Shown: in pieces, positions 39,849 through 55,830 of the stretch
Numbering within the stretch: position 1 is the stretch's first letter
Layout of the letters: every line of letters begins with the position of its first letter
Assembly (NCBI RefSeq): GCF_009914755.1
Contig: NC_060941.1
Reading direction: 5' to 3' (one strand)
From: the human T2T-CHM13v2.0 reference genome, Homo sapiens
Length of the DNA: 64,000 nucleotides
Notes under the pieces: model-generated
The model's database searches: none
What the model saw: the letters and a program-made list of their open reading frames with translations, nothing else
What the model was told of the DNA's origin: nothing
Position numbers and translations under genes: made by a program

Positions 39849-40313
<465 letters not shown>

Positions 40314-41246
40314 TAATCCTCCCGGAAGGAAGGGCTCTAAACAATATGAGTATTCACACCAAAAAGTACACCAGAGTCGCTGCACCCAACACTGTTCACA
40401 CAGATCCTTTCTCACACTAATCAACATCTTGCAGAGGAAAAACGACTGATTTTTACCATCTGCTCACCCAGATTCCACAGAGAGACCGGCCAGGAGCCCG
40501 GCTGGTAAGAATTTCTTACCCTTCTGCCAGCTCGTCAGGTCCTGGGTCCCCTGACTGAAGCTTCCAGAAAAGCAAAACAGCTTTGGTATTCTGTTCAGGA
40601 CACCAAAACTGTAGGGGCCAACAGAAAACCTCCCCTTTGCCCTTGAAAGTTTCACTGAAAAATCAACTCACAACTCAGATTAATTAGAGAAATGGCATGC
40701 ACATTTATTAATGTGCACATGGAGAAGGACCAGAGCAATGATCCCAACCCCGCAGTGGTGTGCAGAAGCTTATTTACCGCCTTGAGACTACAGAAGGAAC
40801 AGGGGCTGGGATGATGGCAAGACAGGTTAGAGGAGAGGGAGGAGGAGGCCTGGCTCGCAAAGGTGGTCTCAGAATGCAGACAGAACCACACAGACAGCAG
40901 TCCTCAGAGAGAATAGATGGTAAACATTTCTTTCTGATGGCTAAACATGTCAGACTCTGAGGGACTCCTTCCTAGATCCAGACAAGGGAAGGCTTCAGAG
41001 GAAACTTGCCTGTGTCAGTGTGGATTCTCTACAGATGCAAACGTTCCCCTCAAAAGGCAGCTTTGCAGGGTGGCCTCTGTTTGAAGGCCCCTCTAAAGAG
41101 CCATCTCAAAATATGTCCAAGTATATAGTGGGGTGAAATATTTTGGTTTCCTTCAACTACATCCTTACTACTTAATTCAATGCAATTTCCCTTAGCCATG
41201 AACTCTTCAAGTCTTTTTTTGCCTGAAAAGGTTTTGATTGAATTCA

Positions 41247-41693
<447 letters not shown>

Positions 41694-41696
41694 TTA

Positions 41697-42354
<658 letters not shown>

Positions 42355-43884
42355 GAGTTGCAATAGTAGTGCGAAAAATTCCATTTATGATTCCTTCAGA
42401 TTCCTCTCATATTAACATTCAATTACATTTGCTAAATGCTCTTCTCTTGGTGCAGATGTAGAATATTATAGCTATTTTCCTAGACCCTGTGAGAGTCAGT
42501 TGCAGACATGATGCTCCTTTACCTACAAGTATTGAGCGTGTGTTTCTGAAACCAAGGGCAGCTCTTACATTATCAGAGTTCAGTGATCAAAAACAGGAAA
42601 TCTTCATTGACACAATACAATTCTCAGACCTTCAGATCTCCTTCAGATTTTGCCAACGGTTCCAATATTGTTTTTATAGGGGAAGAAGATCCTGAACCAT
42701 GCCTTCATTCAGTTGTCTCATCTGGAACTGTTCTGCAACCTCTTTGATTTCTTGATATTGATGTATTTCCAGATACAGGCTAGTCACTTAATAGAACATC
42801 CCTCCATTTGGTTGCCTGATACGTCCTCACGTTGAGAATCAGGTTTTGCACTTTCAGCAGGAACACTACAGAGGGGATGCTGGGCTTTTTCAGTGCAACC
42901 ACTAACAAGAAACATGAAGCCAGTTTCTCCCCTGCTGTGAGGGTGAGGTGGGCTTTCTCCCTGGACTGCAACCACCTGGGTGAGTGTGTTTTATAAAATT
43001 ATGCTTTCTCCACTGTAACCTTCTCCCATTTCCATTTCTGAGTGCAAACTATCTTGTGGGTGGTTACTTTTGAGATTCTGGGTCTCTTAAACACTAGTTT
43101 TGGTTGATTTACTTCAGTATCACAATACTTCAGCATATTATCTACTTTCATTTATTCTTGGCACTCATTGTGGTTCTGGAATCTAAAGATCAATAGTTTT
43201 CATCAGTTCCAGAAATTCCTTAGCCATTATCCCTTTGAATAGGACCGTTCTCTCATTATCTGCATTTTCTCCTCTTGTAATTATTGTCAAGTGTGTTTTG
43301 CATATTCTCATTTCAATTCTCCAGTCTCCTGATGATCTTTCACAGTTTGCAAATCTTTATTGCTATATATTCTAGACAATTCCACATATGGATATTCTTA
43401 TAATTTCTATCATCATCTGAGGCTAATCTGTTGTGTTTTAATTTTTAACTTCACTGATTTCACTATTCACTTCCAGAAGTTTCCCTTGGTGTTTCAAACA
43501 AGCCTGTCTTCTGTGGTGGCAATGTGGTATTTTCTAGTGACTGCAGCCATTCTTACCTATCTTTAATCCTTTTAAACCTAGTTAAAAGATTGCCTTCTTC
43601 CTTGTTCCCTCTGAATGTTATCAGCTTCACATTGCTAAGGTTTTTGAGGTATAATTGACAAAGTGAGGTGTAATTGCTTTATTGAAGTATAGTTGCCTAA
43701 GATTGTATACATTTAAGGTGATGTGATGATCACAGTGTGATGTTTTGATCTATGTATATATTGTGAACTCATTACCACAACCAAGCTAATTAACACATCT
43801 GTCACCTCACACAGTAACCTTGTGTGTGCCTGATGAGAACCTTAAGATATGCTCTCAGCAAATGTCAAGTATTATTAACTATAG

Positions 43885-44379
<495 letters not shown>

Positions 44380-44398
44380 TAGGGGAGATTGTGCAATA

Positions 44399-44898
44399 CA
44401 GTCAACCCTTGAACAATGTGAGAGTTGGGGGTGCTGACACCCCCATACAGTTGGAAACGTGTGTATAACTTTTGACTCCCCAAAAACTTAACTATTAGTA
44501 GCTTACTGTTGCCTGGAAGTCTTATGTGTTAATGTAAACCACAGATTAATACATTTTTTATGTTATACATATTATACACTGTGTTCTCATGGTAAAGTAA
44601 GCTAGAGGAAAGAAAATGTTATTAAGAAAACCATAAGGAAGAGAAAATCTGTTTACTATTCATTAAGTGGATCATCATAAAGGTCTTCATCCTCATCATC
44701 TTTAGGTTGAGGAGGCTGGGGAGGAGGGAGAAGAGGGGTTCATCTTGCTGTCTCAGGGGAGACACAGGCGGAAGAGGTAGAGGAGGTGGAAGAGAAGAGG
44801 CAGGAGAAGCAGGCCCCCTTGCTGTAACTTTTTTTGAGGAAAATTCACGTATAAATGGACCCACACAGTTCAAACCTCTGTTGTTCAAAGGTCAACTA
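44399..44898. mobile_element. Tigger2-derived MITE (Tigger2a/MER28-like)
   Basis: TIRs cagtcaacccttgaacaa / ttgttcaaaggtcaacta flanked by TA dinucleotides. Confidence 0.85.
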
Positions 44899-45065
44899 TA
44901 TCTGCCTTTCGGTGTCTGGCTTATTTCACTCAACATAACTTCCTCTGGGTTCATCCACAGTGTCACAAAAGGCAGGATTTCCTTCTTTTTTAGGGTGAAT
45001 GATATTCTATTATCTCATTATATGTACATCACATTTTCTTTTTCCACTCATCCATGTGCGTACAC

Positions 45066-45599
45066 TGAGGAAGTTCAGGAAATTCCTTCCCCGCAACCAG
45101 AATATGCCAGTTTGATGTGTTGATTGCTTCAAACTGAGGGCAGTGGTGGAGGAGCAAATGCAGGGAGGGTTTTCTGTGGACCTCCCTCATCTGTTGAAAG
45201 ACAGATCTTCCAAAGGGAACTCAGCTGGCATGAATCCCCTTCCTGGGAACCTCATCAACAAGGGAAGATTTGTTCATGTCACAGCAGCACAGACAGACTT
45301 TGTCACTGCTGTCCCTTTTTCATTCTTCATTCTTCCGGGGATACATTTATCTTTCCCCCAAATAATTTACTCTCCCTTTGGTTGCCTTTGTCCCCTCTCT
45401 TTCTCCCCTTTGCAGAAAAGTACATAAGCTTCCAGCCTCACTGGGTGTTGGGTTTCACTTTTCTTTCACGTGATGCCTCCCGTGCCCACATGTAAATTTG
45501 TAAGCCTTATTCTCCTGTTAATCTGCCTGCTGTCCATTCATCTCACAGACTCAATTATCGAACCCTCTGAGGGTAGAGGGAAAGCGTTTCCTCCCCACA
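45066..45599 (+). mobile_element. MER34-like ERV1 LTR
   Basis: TG...CA termini with a perfect TSD ACAC at 45062-45065 and 45600-45603. Confidence 0.82.
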
Positions 45600-46361
45600 A
45601 CACCTGGGTTGATTCAGTATTTCAGCTATTGTGAATATGCTGCAATGAGCACGGGGATGCAGACAACTCTTCAACACCCTGAATGCATTTCCTTTGGATA
45701 TATACCCAGTAATGGAGTTGCTGGATCACATGGTGGCTCTATTTTTAGTTTCTTGAGGAACATCCATGCTGATTTTCCACAGTGGCTGTACTAACTTACA
45801 TTCCCACCAACAGTGTACAAGTGACACTGTACTGTGGTCTGTTATACCCTCCTTTTCTGGCTTTCACATTTTGTCTGTGGTGCACTCCTCAAATGAGTTC
45901 CGTGGCATGCCTTGTTCCTGTTTTCACTGGAACATACTGCACGCTATGAGGATTATTTCTTCGTGGAGGCCTGGTCATACTTGGTTGATGAGCAGAAGGA
46001 CCATTTGCCTTTTAGAAGCAGATGTTTGACTTCAAGTTTAAAATCTTCTGTAATTACTGATCAAATTAACATCTCCACAATACTAGTTAACACTTTTCTT
46101 AAAACGTCTTTTGTTTCCTAATACTTTTTCTACATTTTTGCACAAAGTTATTTCATTTTAATTACTCTTAATTTACTTTAATTTTGGAAGTGAGCTTTCT
46201 TTTCAACAATCCATAAATGGTTTTTTATTTTCTCTTTTTTCTTGTTCATATTTTCCCAACATTGTCCCTTATATATTTCCGTATAGTTAACCAGATTTAT
46301 TTCTTATCAATCTAATTTGTTTTATATTTTAATCAATTTATCGTTTACCATTATGAATTTC

Positions 46362-46665
46362 TTTTTTTTCTTACTTTTTCTTTTGAAACAGAGTCTTGTT
46401 CTGTCACCCGTGCTGGAGTACATTGGTGCCATCTTAGCTCACTTCAATCTCTGCTTCCCAGGTTCAAATGATTCTCCTCCCTCAGCCTCCTGAGTAGCTT
46501 GCATTATAGGTGCGCACCACCACAACCAGCTAATGTTTGTATTTTTAGTAGAGATGGGGTTTCTTCATGTTGGCCAGGCTGGTCTTGACTCCTGGCCTCA
46601 CATGATCTGCCCACATTGGCCTCCCAAACTGCTAGGATTACAGGCATGAGTCACCACACCTGGCC
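46362..46665 (-). mobile_element. AluS-type element
   Basis: Full Alu; cattatgaattt on both flanks. Confidence 0.92.
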
Positions 46666-48059
46666 ATTTTATCATTATGAATTTTTGTTCTACTTTTTCC
46701 TTTTACTTTTTTTTTTTTTTTACAGATTTTAGTCTTGTTCCAGTTTTTGTTTACCTAACTTCTTCAGTTAAAGTTGGCTTATTAAAATGTTAAATTTCTT
46801 AGGAAATGGTAATCTTTGGAGGTTAAAAAGATTTAAATTTCTTATTATTCTCACAATGCACCTAAAACTATACAGCTACACATTTTTTCTCTTAGAACAG
46901 CTTCTGTTGTATTCTGAATATCTTCTTATGTTGTACTTTCAATCCTAGATACCTTCTTCTCTAAACTTGGTGGATCTTCTGAAAGTTGGAGCAGAATGGG
47001 CTTTATAGTTTAAAAGGTCCACTGCTGTCCAGGGATGTGAATTCTTTGAGGAGGGAGTTACTGCACAAGGAGGTCGGGAGCTGACGGAGTCTGATGACAA
47101 GGCCCTGGGATGTAGGAGAGGGCACAAGGCACAGCAAAGCCAGCCTCACTGCATGTCCCTGGAGCCTGTGCCAGGTCTACTTCCTGGCTGCCAGCTTTTC
47201 CACAAATGCTGTGTGCACCTCACACTTTCAGATCAGGCCGAAAGATTTCTGTAGGTCATGCCAGGAAAGGGAGGTTAAGCAGGCAGCTGTCTAAGGGGTT
47301 TGGGGGAAGCTTGGGGGAGTCACAGGATTTTGTTGAAGAGAGAGAGGTGGAGGAGATGGGGCTGTGTGTTGGGGAGGAAGGTTCAGACTGGAGATCTAGA
47401 AATCCATTAGATCCTCTGGTGGGTCAGGGACAAGAGTTGGGGGTGTTGGGGGTATAAGTGGGTGGAGAAGGAGGATTTATGGTGGGAGTGGATTTCAACG
47501 TCTGCTCTAGGTCAGCTTTTGGCTCCTTAATTTTGTTAAGGGATGTTTTAAGACTAACCATAGTACATTCTGTGTTCCTCTATCAGTGTGATCTTCCCAT
47601 AGATGCCAGCAGACCAGTTGTTTAGAACGAGTACTCTCTAACATGTTTTAAACATGGATCCGTCTCTGGCCATAGCTGATTTGGATCTGCACTGGTGCAT
47701 ATGTTCCAGTAGTGCCTTAATCTGCCTTTCCAGGGAAAGGCCAGGAGGTGGCTTTCCATCATTACCAGCATGCAAGGGGTGTTCCTGCAGTAGGTGCAGA
47801 AGAGGCAGCCCGTGATCCAAAAATTCACTCTCAGAGATGGATGAAGAAAGCAAAGACTTACATTGCCATGTGCAGGTAGGGAGAGTGTTTGTGCAGACCA
47901 CGCCTCCAGTCTCCCATGGAAGCTGAGACACCTTCAGCCTCAGGTCCACTCACTGTGACACTGGGCAGGTGATGCTGGAATAGGAGTCTCCCAGCACTAA
48001 TCAGGGCAACAAGGATAAGATGAAGAAAGCCCTTATGAATTGGCATCTTACAACAAAAC

Positions 48060-49298
48060 TCCGTGAGCGCTTGACACATACAGACAGAGAGAGTGCCACC
48101 TGGGTCTCATGTGTCTTGAGTCCCCAGTCTGGTCAGACTGCTGCCTGGCACAGAGCCACACTCTGTGCCCCTCCGATGGCAGAGACCAGAGAGGCATCCT
48201 CCTTGGTCACACAGCCAAGCTCTCAGGACATAAAACGAGGTGAGAGGGGTACCCCATCCCTTTTGTTTTTTTGTTTCAGGGACCCACAGCACAGTTTGCT
48301 TAGGCAGACATGGGTCTGACAAGCACAACAAACCCAAGTGCTGGGGACCCAGCAGACTTTGAAGGACCTGTGCCTGTGTTCTCTACCCGACACTTCCTCT
48401 CCTTATGACAAACGGCAGAAAAAGACAGAGACAAAGGAAAACAAAGACCATCTTTGAGATCAAAAGGATCAAATAGAAATCTAAACACTAAAAGTCCCTT
48501 TTTACCCAAAGAACTATTTCACAATGTTTTATCCTGTCAATCCCAATTTAGAGAGAGAAAAAGACACAAATCTCACCATTCTCACCTAGATCAGCCCCAC
48601 AGCAGAGACCTGGAAGGCTAGCAGTAAGAACCCTGCCTTTGCTGGCTTAGGTCAGAGGTCCCGGGTCTTAGCTGCAGTATCTCCAGAATAAGCAATTTCC
48701 CAGTCAGTGAGGGAGGGCCCCGGACTCTGTGCCACGTTCTGCAGGGACCCAGAGATCACCTCCAACCCCACTTAGCTCTTACATGGGCTCCTCAGCTGGA
48801 TCTAGAAACCAAATTGAAATCAAGCATATTAACAAGAGAAAAGCATACAAATTGTATTAGTATTAAAGGTACATGGGGATCTTCCCAAGTTAGTGAAGTC
48901 TGAAGTAGCCAAAGCAAGATGCTTTTGTACTTTTTAGACAGAATGATAAATTTGAGAAGAAATGACAAGGCCAAGCAGAATCTGGCTAGGGGCAGTAAAT
49001 TTCCAGGGGAGCCTCTAGGTGATATGCGGGAATATAAAATCAATGGCAACAAGGCTTACTTCATGAAGTACATTTACTTGGGTCAGTTGCTGCCCCCAAT
49101 CCCCAGTCTCCAGTGCTAAGGGCTCTCTTCTTGCCCTTGTGTGGGGGTGCCACCCCCAGAGGAGTCTTTATGGCTTGCTACATGCAGGAAGAGGCAGGTC
49201 AGCTCACCCTTTCTAAAACTACGATTTCTCCAATATTTTTGACATAAAATTATCAATATACCAATTTGGCATATTTTGGGATGGCATTCACTCCTTCA
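48060..49298 (-). mobile_element. Second, truncated ERV1 copy: LTR (~48760-49298) plus 5' leader
   Basis: LTR end ggcatattttgggatggcattcactccttca. Leader blocks ggacccacagcacagtttg and gtaagaaccctgcc...gtcccgggtc match 40151-40169 and 40505-40550 of the other provirus. Confidence 0.7.
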
Positions 49299-52134
49299 AG
49301 GGAAAGGTGGGATGGGGAGGTGTGGGGTCAGGTGAGGATGTGGTGAAAGACAAGGTGGGGTATGGATGGAAATGGGCTCTAGGGGAAGAGGGAACAGGCA
49401 TGGAAGGGGTGAGGAGAGAGAGGGCCATGAGCCATGGGTCTGGAGGCAGAGAGGGAGGCACTGGTGCAGGTGATAAAACCTCACATGAGGGGTGGCACAG
49501 GTCAGGGGGAAGGTGGAGGCCACTGGTGAGGAGACTGGGGGTTGGCATTGACAAATCCACAGATCCCAAAGGTGATGGGGAACAGCAGCGTCTTCCCCGG
49601 CTCCCCACACAGCAGCATGTTGGCCTCCAGATATACTCCATCACCCCCCTGGGCAGGGCTCACACTTCTGACACCCAGACTCTACAATACTCCTCTGTCC
49701 CCACCCAGGGCAGATCCCTACCCTAGAAGTTCTCCCTCTCATGTCTGGTAAATGCTGCACAGAGCCCTGGAATTCCACAGGGCAAGTTAGGAAGAGGGAC
49801 AGCTGAAATCAGGAAGTAATCACCTTCTCCAAAGAGAAGTTCAGTCCAGTACCATCTTGTGCCCCTGGGCAAGCTCTCCAGGCTGAGGGAACAGGAGCAG
49901 TGGTTATGCTGGGCAAAGTTGGAAGCAAGGGACCTCTCAGGAAGTGCTGTAGAATGTTCCACTGGGGACACCTCGTACCCTACCAGGATTAGACCTTGAA
50001 ACCTGGAGATCCCAGGCAATTAGTATTCAAGGTCAAAGGGCCAGTGACAGGAATAGGAAGGCCCACTGTGTCATTCACAAAGCACTTCCAAACCCATCAC
50101 CCCAGGTGACCCTCACAACAACCCCGTGAGATCTGCAGGGCAGGGGCTCCCACAAAGAAGGAGTCAGGAATGTCGGGATTTTAACACCTTCTCCAAGTCA
50201 GGACCAGGAAATGCTGTCCCAGCACCAACTTATATTCCCTAGGCTTCCTCCCACACCACAGCTTAGGGTGACTGCCACCTCATGGGCAGAGACCCTAGCT
50301 TTCCAATCCTTACAAGGGGCTGTGCAGGGGAGAGGATGAAGCCCCCTCCTCTGACTGTCTCCTCTAAGAGCCTGTTTTCTGATGAAAGTCACTCTGGGAA
50401 CTGTCAGCCTCTGCAAATGGGGGCCTGGACCTCGTGGAAAGAAGATGTGAAGGTCACACCTGGCAGGGACCAGCTCTGGAGGGCAAACCTCACCTTTTAA
50501 AATTCCCAACTTGCATGTCCTCCTGCCACTGCATTGGTGCTGACTTCTAAAGGAGCAGCGGACGTGAAAAAGTTGACTTTCTTCTAGGTTAACTTCATGA
50601 AGATTATTAAAGTGATGAAAATATTTATCCTATTCTCTATAAAGCTCCAGCGAATATGGTTTTCTGCACATGCTTATCAAAGAATCTTTTAGCCAGGAGC
50701 CCTCTGCTGAAGAACAGTGTACAATCTCAGCTGGGACGCACATGTTGCTTCTGGAAACAGATGAACACAGTCTGATCAGAGTCTTTCATGGGTCAGCGTT
50801 GCTCCAGGCCAGCCCAGCACAGTCAGGAGCCTCGGCCCAGGCACGCCCAAGAAGGGAGGGTGGCTAGTGCCCAGATGCTGGGGGACTGCTCTTTTCGGGT
50901 GCTCTTAATTCTGTTAAGAAGCCAATCCATGGCCCCGATGTCGTGGTGTTTGGGGCTTTACCCTGGCATCCTGAACACACCCAGATAGCTGGGTGTGAGC
51001 ACTGGAGAGAAGCCCCGGTCTCCACTCCACCTCCTGCCCTGCCCAAGCTGCTCCCCTGGACTGATAGTGTTCTAGTCTCTCCTGAGCATTCTCATTCCTG
51101 GGGCCCCTGGGGTCCAATAGTCAATTTAGGAGCCCATCTAAAGAGACTATCTCTTTTAGGGGGCTGGCTTTAGGGTTCCCTTACCGATGAATTGGTAAAT
51201 ATGGATGGCAGTGGATGTAGTTGCATGACAGAAAGCACATCCCAACCCCACACAAAATAATGAGAAATGGAACCAAAGTCCCAGGGCTCTCCAAGCACAG
51301 AAGAAGCCACCAAATATTCTCCATCTCCATCATCTGAAGTGAGCTGATGCCTCGGCAGCTGGGTGCAGATAACATGCAGCTCAGTGCAGAGCTCCAGGCC
51401 CGCATCACAGGCTGTGGAAGGGTTACAGATTACTCTTGTGCTCAGAAGGAGACAAAACAATCAGCTCTCCCACTGATCCCACCCCAGCAGGCCCAGCACC
51501 CCTCCCAGCTTCCAGGCCCCACCACCCTGCTGCCACTACCTATTTTCTGTCTCCAAATTTACTTTACTGTAAGTTCCTTTTCACTCTGTCCATGACCCAG
51601 ACATAAGCAGGGATTCCCTCAGAGAAACAGACTTGGATCCCAGCTTTGGAGGTCTGAAGATCTCCAGGAATTTTTTCTAATTCTCAGGCATTAAAACAAA
51701 TTTTTTTGGAAGTATAACATACAGATGGAAAGCACAAATATCTTAAGCCTACAATGCAATGGATTCTCACAAACAGTACACTATGAGAGTTGAACTCACA
51801 CCAGAAAATGGGATCACCCCAGGACCTGGAAGCCTCTCTAGGGCCCCTTTCAAGACATCACCTATGCCCCGCCCCCCCCACCAAACTTTCCTGACTTATG
51901 ATTTTCCAGGAACAATTTTATAGTTTTCCTGTGTTTTCACTCAACTAACATTTACAGTAATCCTCTGAGATAAACACTGCACTATCCCCCGTTGCAGATG
52001 GGAAGCTGGAAGCACAGACACTGGTTATTGATCAGGTGCCCACTGCTAAGGGTGGAGCCAGGGTCCCACGTGGAAGCTCCCTGCAGAGCCACATTCTTGA
52101 AACATTGAACTGCGCTGCGAAAAGCCCTTTGGCT

Positions 52135-52360
52135 GCCTGGGCACAGTGGCTCACACCTGTAATCCCAGCGCTTTGAGAGGCCAAGGTGGGATGGTTGCTT
52201 GAGTCCAAGAGCCCAAGACCATCCTGAGCAACATAACAAGACCCTGTCTGTTAAAATAATAATAATAATAATAAAATTAAATTAGTGGGTGTGGTGGTGC
52301 ATGCCTGCAGTCCCAGCTACTCAAAAGCTGAGATGAAAGGAAAAAAAAAAAAGAAAAAAT
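52135..52360 (+). mobile_element. AluJ-type element with truncated right arm
   Basis: Left arm, (AAT)n linker, partial right arm, A-tail. Confidence 0.88.
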
Positions 52361-53068
52361 CCCTTGGCAAGCAGGAACAATAGCTCAGTTCAATGCAATT
52401 GGGTGTGTAGAAGAATCACCACCAAGCTCTGGGAAGGCTAGGCAGAGGGTTTTGCACACACTCAGGGAGTCCTGTCCTCTCTACTGTGGTTGGAACCTGA
52501 GAGGGGCTGTGAGGCTCTGAGCAGGAGAGAGACTTGCCCAAAGGCCAAAGACAGGGAGGAGTAGAGTCTAACATGAGTACAAGATTGACTAGGACCATCG
52601 TTTATCTCTTTACACAGGAACAGGAGGAACTTGAGGCAAGGAAGGGCTATATAAGATGCAGTCCCCTCCCTGCAGGGGCCAGCTTGGTGCTGGATGCATG
52701 GTTGGTTTTATAGTGACTTGAACTCTGGGACTGCGGCAGGTGGGGCCAGATCCTTGACTGTGCAGGAATAGACCTCTTCCCTGAACCGACAGATGCTGTA
52801 TGAGGAGGGGAGGAGGGCTGGGAAGCCAGCCAGGCTGGGGTGGGTGGGCAGAGAGTGTTGGGGTTTCTCACCTGTCCTAACAACCACAACCACCTTTCTG
52901 GCCTTAGAAAGAGGCAACAGGGAGTGTGCGTTTTGTAGAGTTCTTCAGGGCTGGGCAGAGCCCCTGAGGAGATTTGTTGGGGGTGGAAGGACAGAATTCA
53001 GATGAAGGAGACTTGGAAAAATGAGTTTTAAGAAGTTTTATTGTGGGTTATGATTTCGATAATGATTA

Positions 53069-53373
<305 letters not shown>

Positions 53374-53824
53374 GACAAGAATTACATTTCAGTATAATGA
53401 AATCATAATTTTTAAAGGTAAATACTATAACCTTTAATTGAGAGAGAAAAAGAGTTTGACAGCTTCAAACTTGATACTGGCATAAAAATAAACAAAATAG
53501 CCCAAAAGTCCTTGTAAATATTCATGTATATATAGGAACTGATAACAGAACAAAGGTTGTTTTCCAAAGAAATGAGGGATGGCTCACAGGTTCATTGAGT
53601 ATTGTTGAGGAAATAGGCTATCCATCTTTGCAAATGCTCAGATTATTCCTACCACACAATATACAGAATCTAGTTGCTGTATAAGGAAGAAGAGGGTGGC
53701 TCTGGGCAGACACCTGTGTTTCAATCCCAGTTTTGCTCTATGCACCTCTATGGCCTAGAGAAAGTTACCCTACCTCTCTAGGTATATGCTATCCAGATCT
53801 TAAGCGGGTTTAAGAAAATAGCTA

Positions 53825-54219
<395 letters not shown>

Positions 54220-54329
54220 CTATTTCCCCATATCCGTCTATTAATAGCACGCTAAACATAGGAGGAGAAGGCCACACAAGCAAGTGGGTTACAAACTTCT
54301 GGTTCTGGGTAGGACTCAGGAGCAGAGAG

Positions 54330-55830
54330 AGATAGATGAGGGATGATGGAGGATAGCAGTGGACTCACTAAGATTGACTTCCTGGCTCAAATCTTGGAGA
54401 GGAAAAGGGAAAATCCCAAAGGACTTTGGCCATGGGAGTTTTGCTGCTAGTATTCCAGGGCATGTCCTGTGATTCATGCTCGTTAAGACAAAGAATTTTA
54501 TAGCAGTTGCCATCCCAGAAAATTCCTATTCCAGCTTCCCTGGGCCACAGGTGAGACAGAGGCTCTCTAAAGTCAACCCGCAGGTTTGGCTTCTTCCATT
54601 TACCTGTGCCCTTTCTTTCAACAAGAGGCCTCCAAGGCTGCCACGATGGAGAAAAGAAATGGGGATTACACAGGAGACAGTTCTGTGAGCCAAGCCCCAA
54701 AGCGGCAGCCTGAGCTTCTGCCCACATCATACCGACAAGGACTCAGTCCTGTGGCTCCTGCTACTGGCAGGGAGGTGAAGTTTCCCTGATCTGCAAGAGG
54801 AACATGAGTGGGTTAGGTGAGCAATAGCACTGACTGCACCAGCATGCCTTCAGGTCAGCAGATTATCATATTTCTGTTGCCACTACACACCAATAAAACA
54901 GAAACTCACTCTGTCTCCAAGGTGGCCATGCAAAGGACTCTCTAGTAATTCCATCCTGCTCAAAGCTCAGGACCATTGGCTCACACAGAGTCCTCTCCAA
55001 AGCAGCAAGATGTGGCCCTGTGCAGCCAGGAGACAGAATAATAACCTAATTCCCATTCAGAACATGCAGAACATGGACCAAGGAGAAACACAGAATAATT
55101 TGTGTAGCCTACGGGGCTGGCAATGGGAAGATAGTAAGAATGTTTTCCTTGATTGGACATCAAGTCTGCTCTCTGGAATTAAGTCCATTTTCATTTTGTT
55201 TTCTCCTCTTGTGCCTGGCTCTCCTCTCCAAGGAATTCATCATTGTCTGTTACCATCTTGGTCACTTCTGAAGTGGGTTTGGGGGAAAAAGTCTCTGTGG
55301 GAGCTGCAAGTTTAGCAGCCTACTTCCTTGCAAAGATGGTACCAAGACTTGCCTATGGGTCCAATGGTTTTAGATCCTGCTCTGCATTTAGACAATGCTC
55401 ATAGCTGCTTTGCAAGCCACCCCAAACCTTGGTTAACTCACATCCCTGTGTTTCCAGTCAGTTCCATGAGCCAATTACCACACCCCAAAGGCCTTTCTTT
55501 CTTGGACATAATTCTCAAGACTGAGCCTTGGTAGATTGGACTTCTAAAATACTCTCTTACTACTTGGGGTCCAGAAGCAGCAAGGTTTTTCCACCTTACA
55601 AAGTCTGATGTTTCTGGATTCTCTTGATTTCTTTTTAGTTATACTTACATACTGGGAAAATTATTGAACTCATCTTCCTCCAATTACTTGCCAAATGCAT
55701 TTATCAATATAGAACACACACTACTAACATTGTTTATCAAACTCTTCCCTTATAGTCACAAGTTCAGCAGCAGGTGCATAATCTGCCATCTAAGTAACTG
55801 CAAGTGATGACTTTACCAAAGGCTTTGTTA
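54330..55830 (-). mobile_element. Probable decayed MaLR (MLT1-type) internal sequence
   Basis: Pattern resemblance only (gggagctgcaagtttagcagcc, tggccatgggagttttgctgct). Boundaries uncertain. Confidence 0.4.

Noticed and set aside
44622-45123. ORFs over the Tigger element suggesting a transposase
   Set aside because: The element is a 500-bp internally deleted MITE; the frames are low-complexity and run into L1 sequence.
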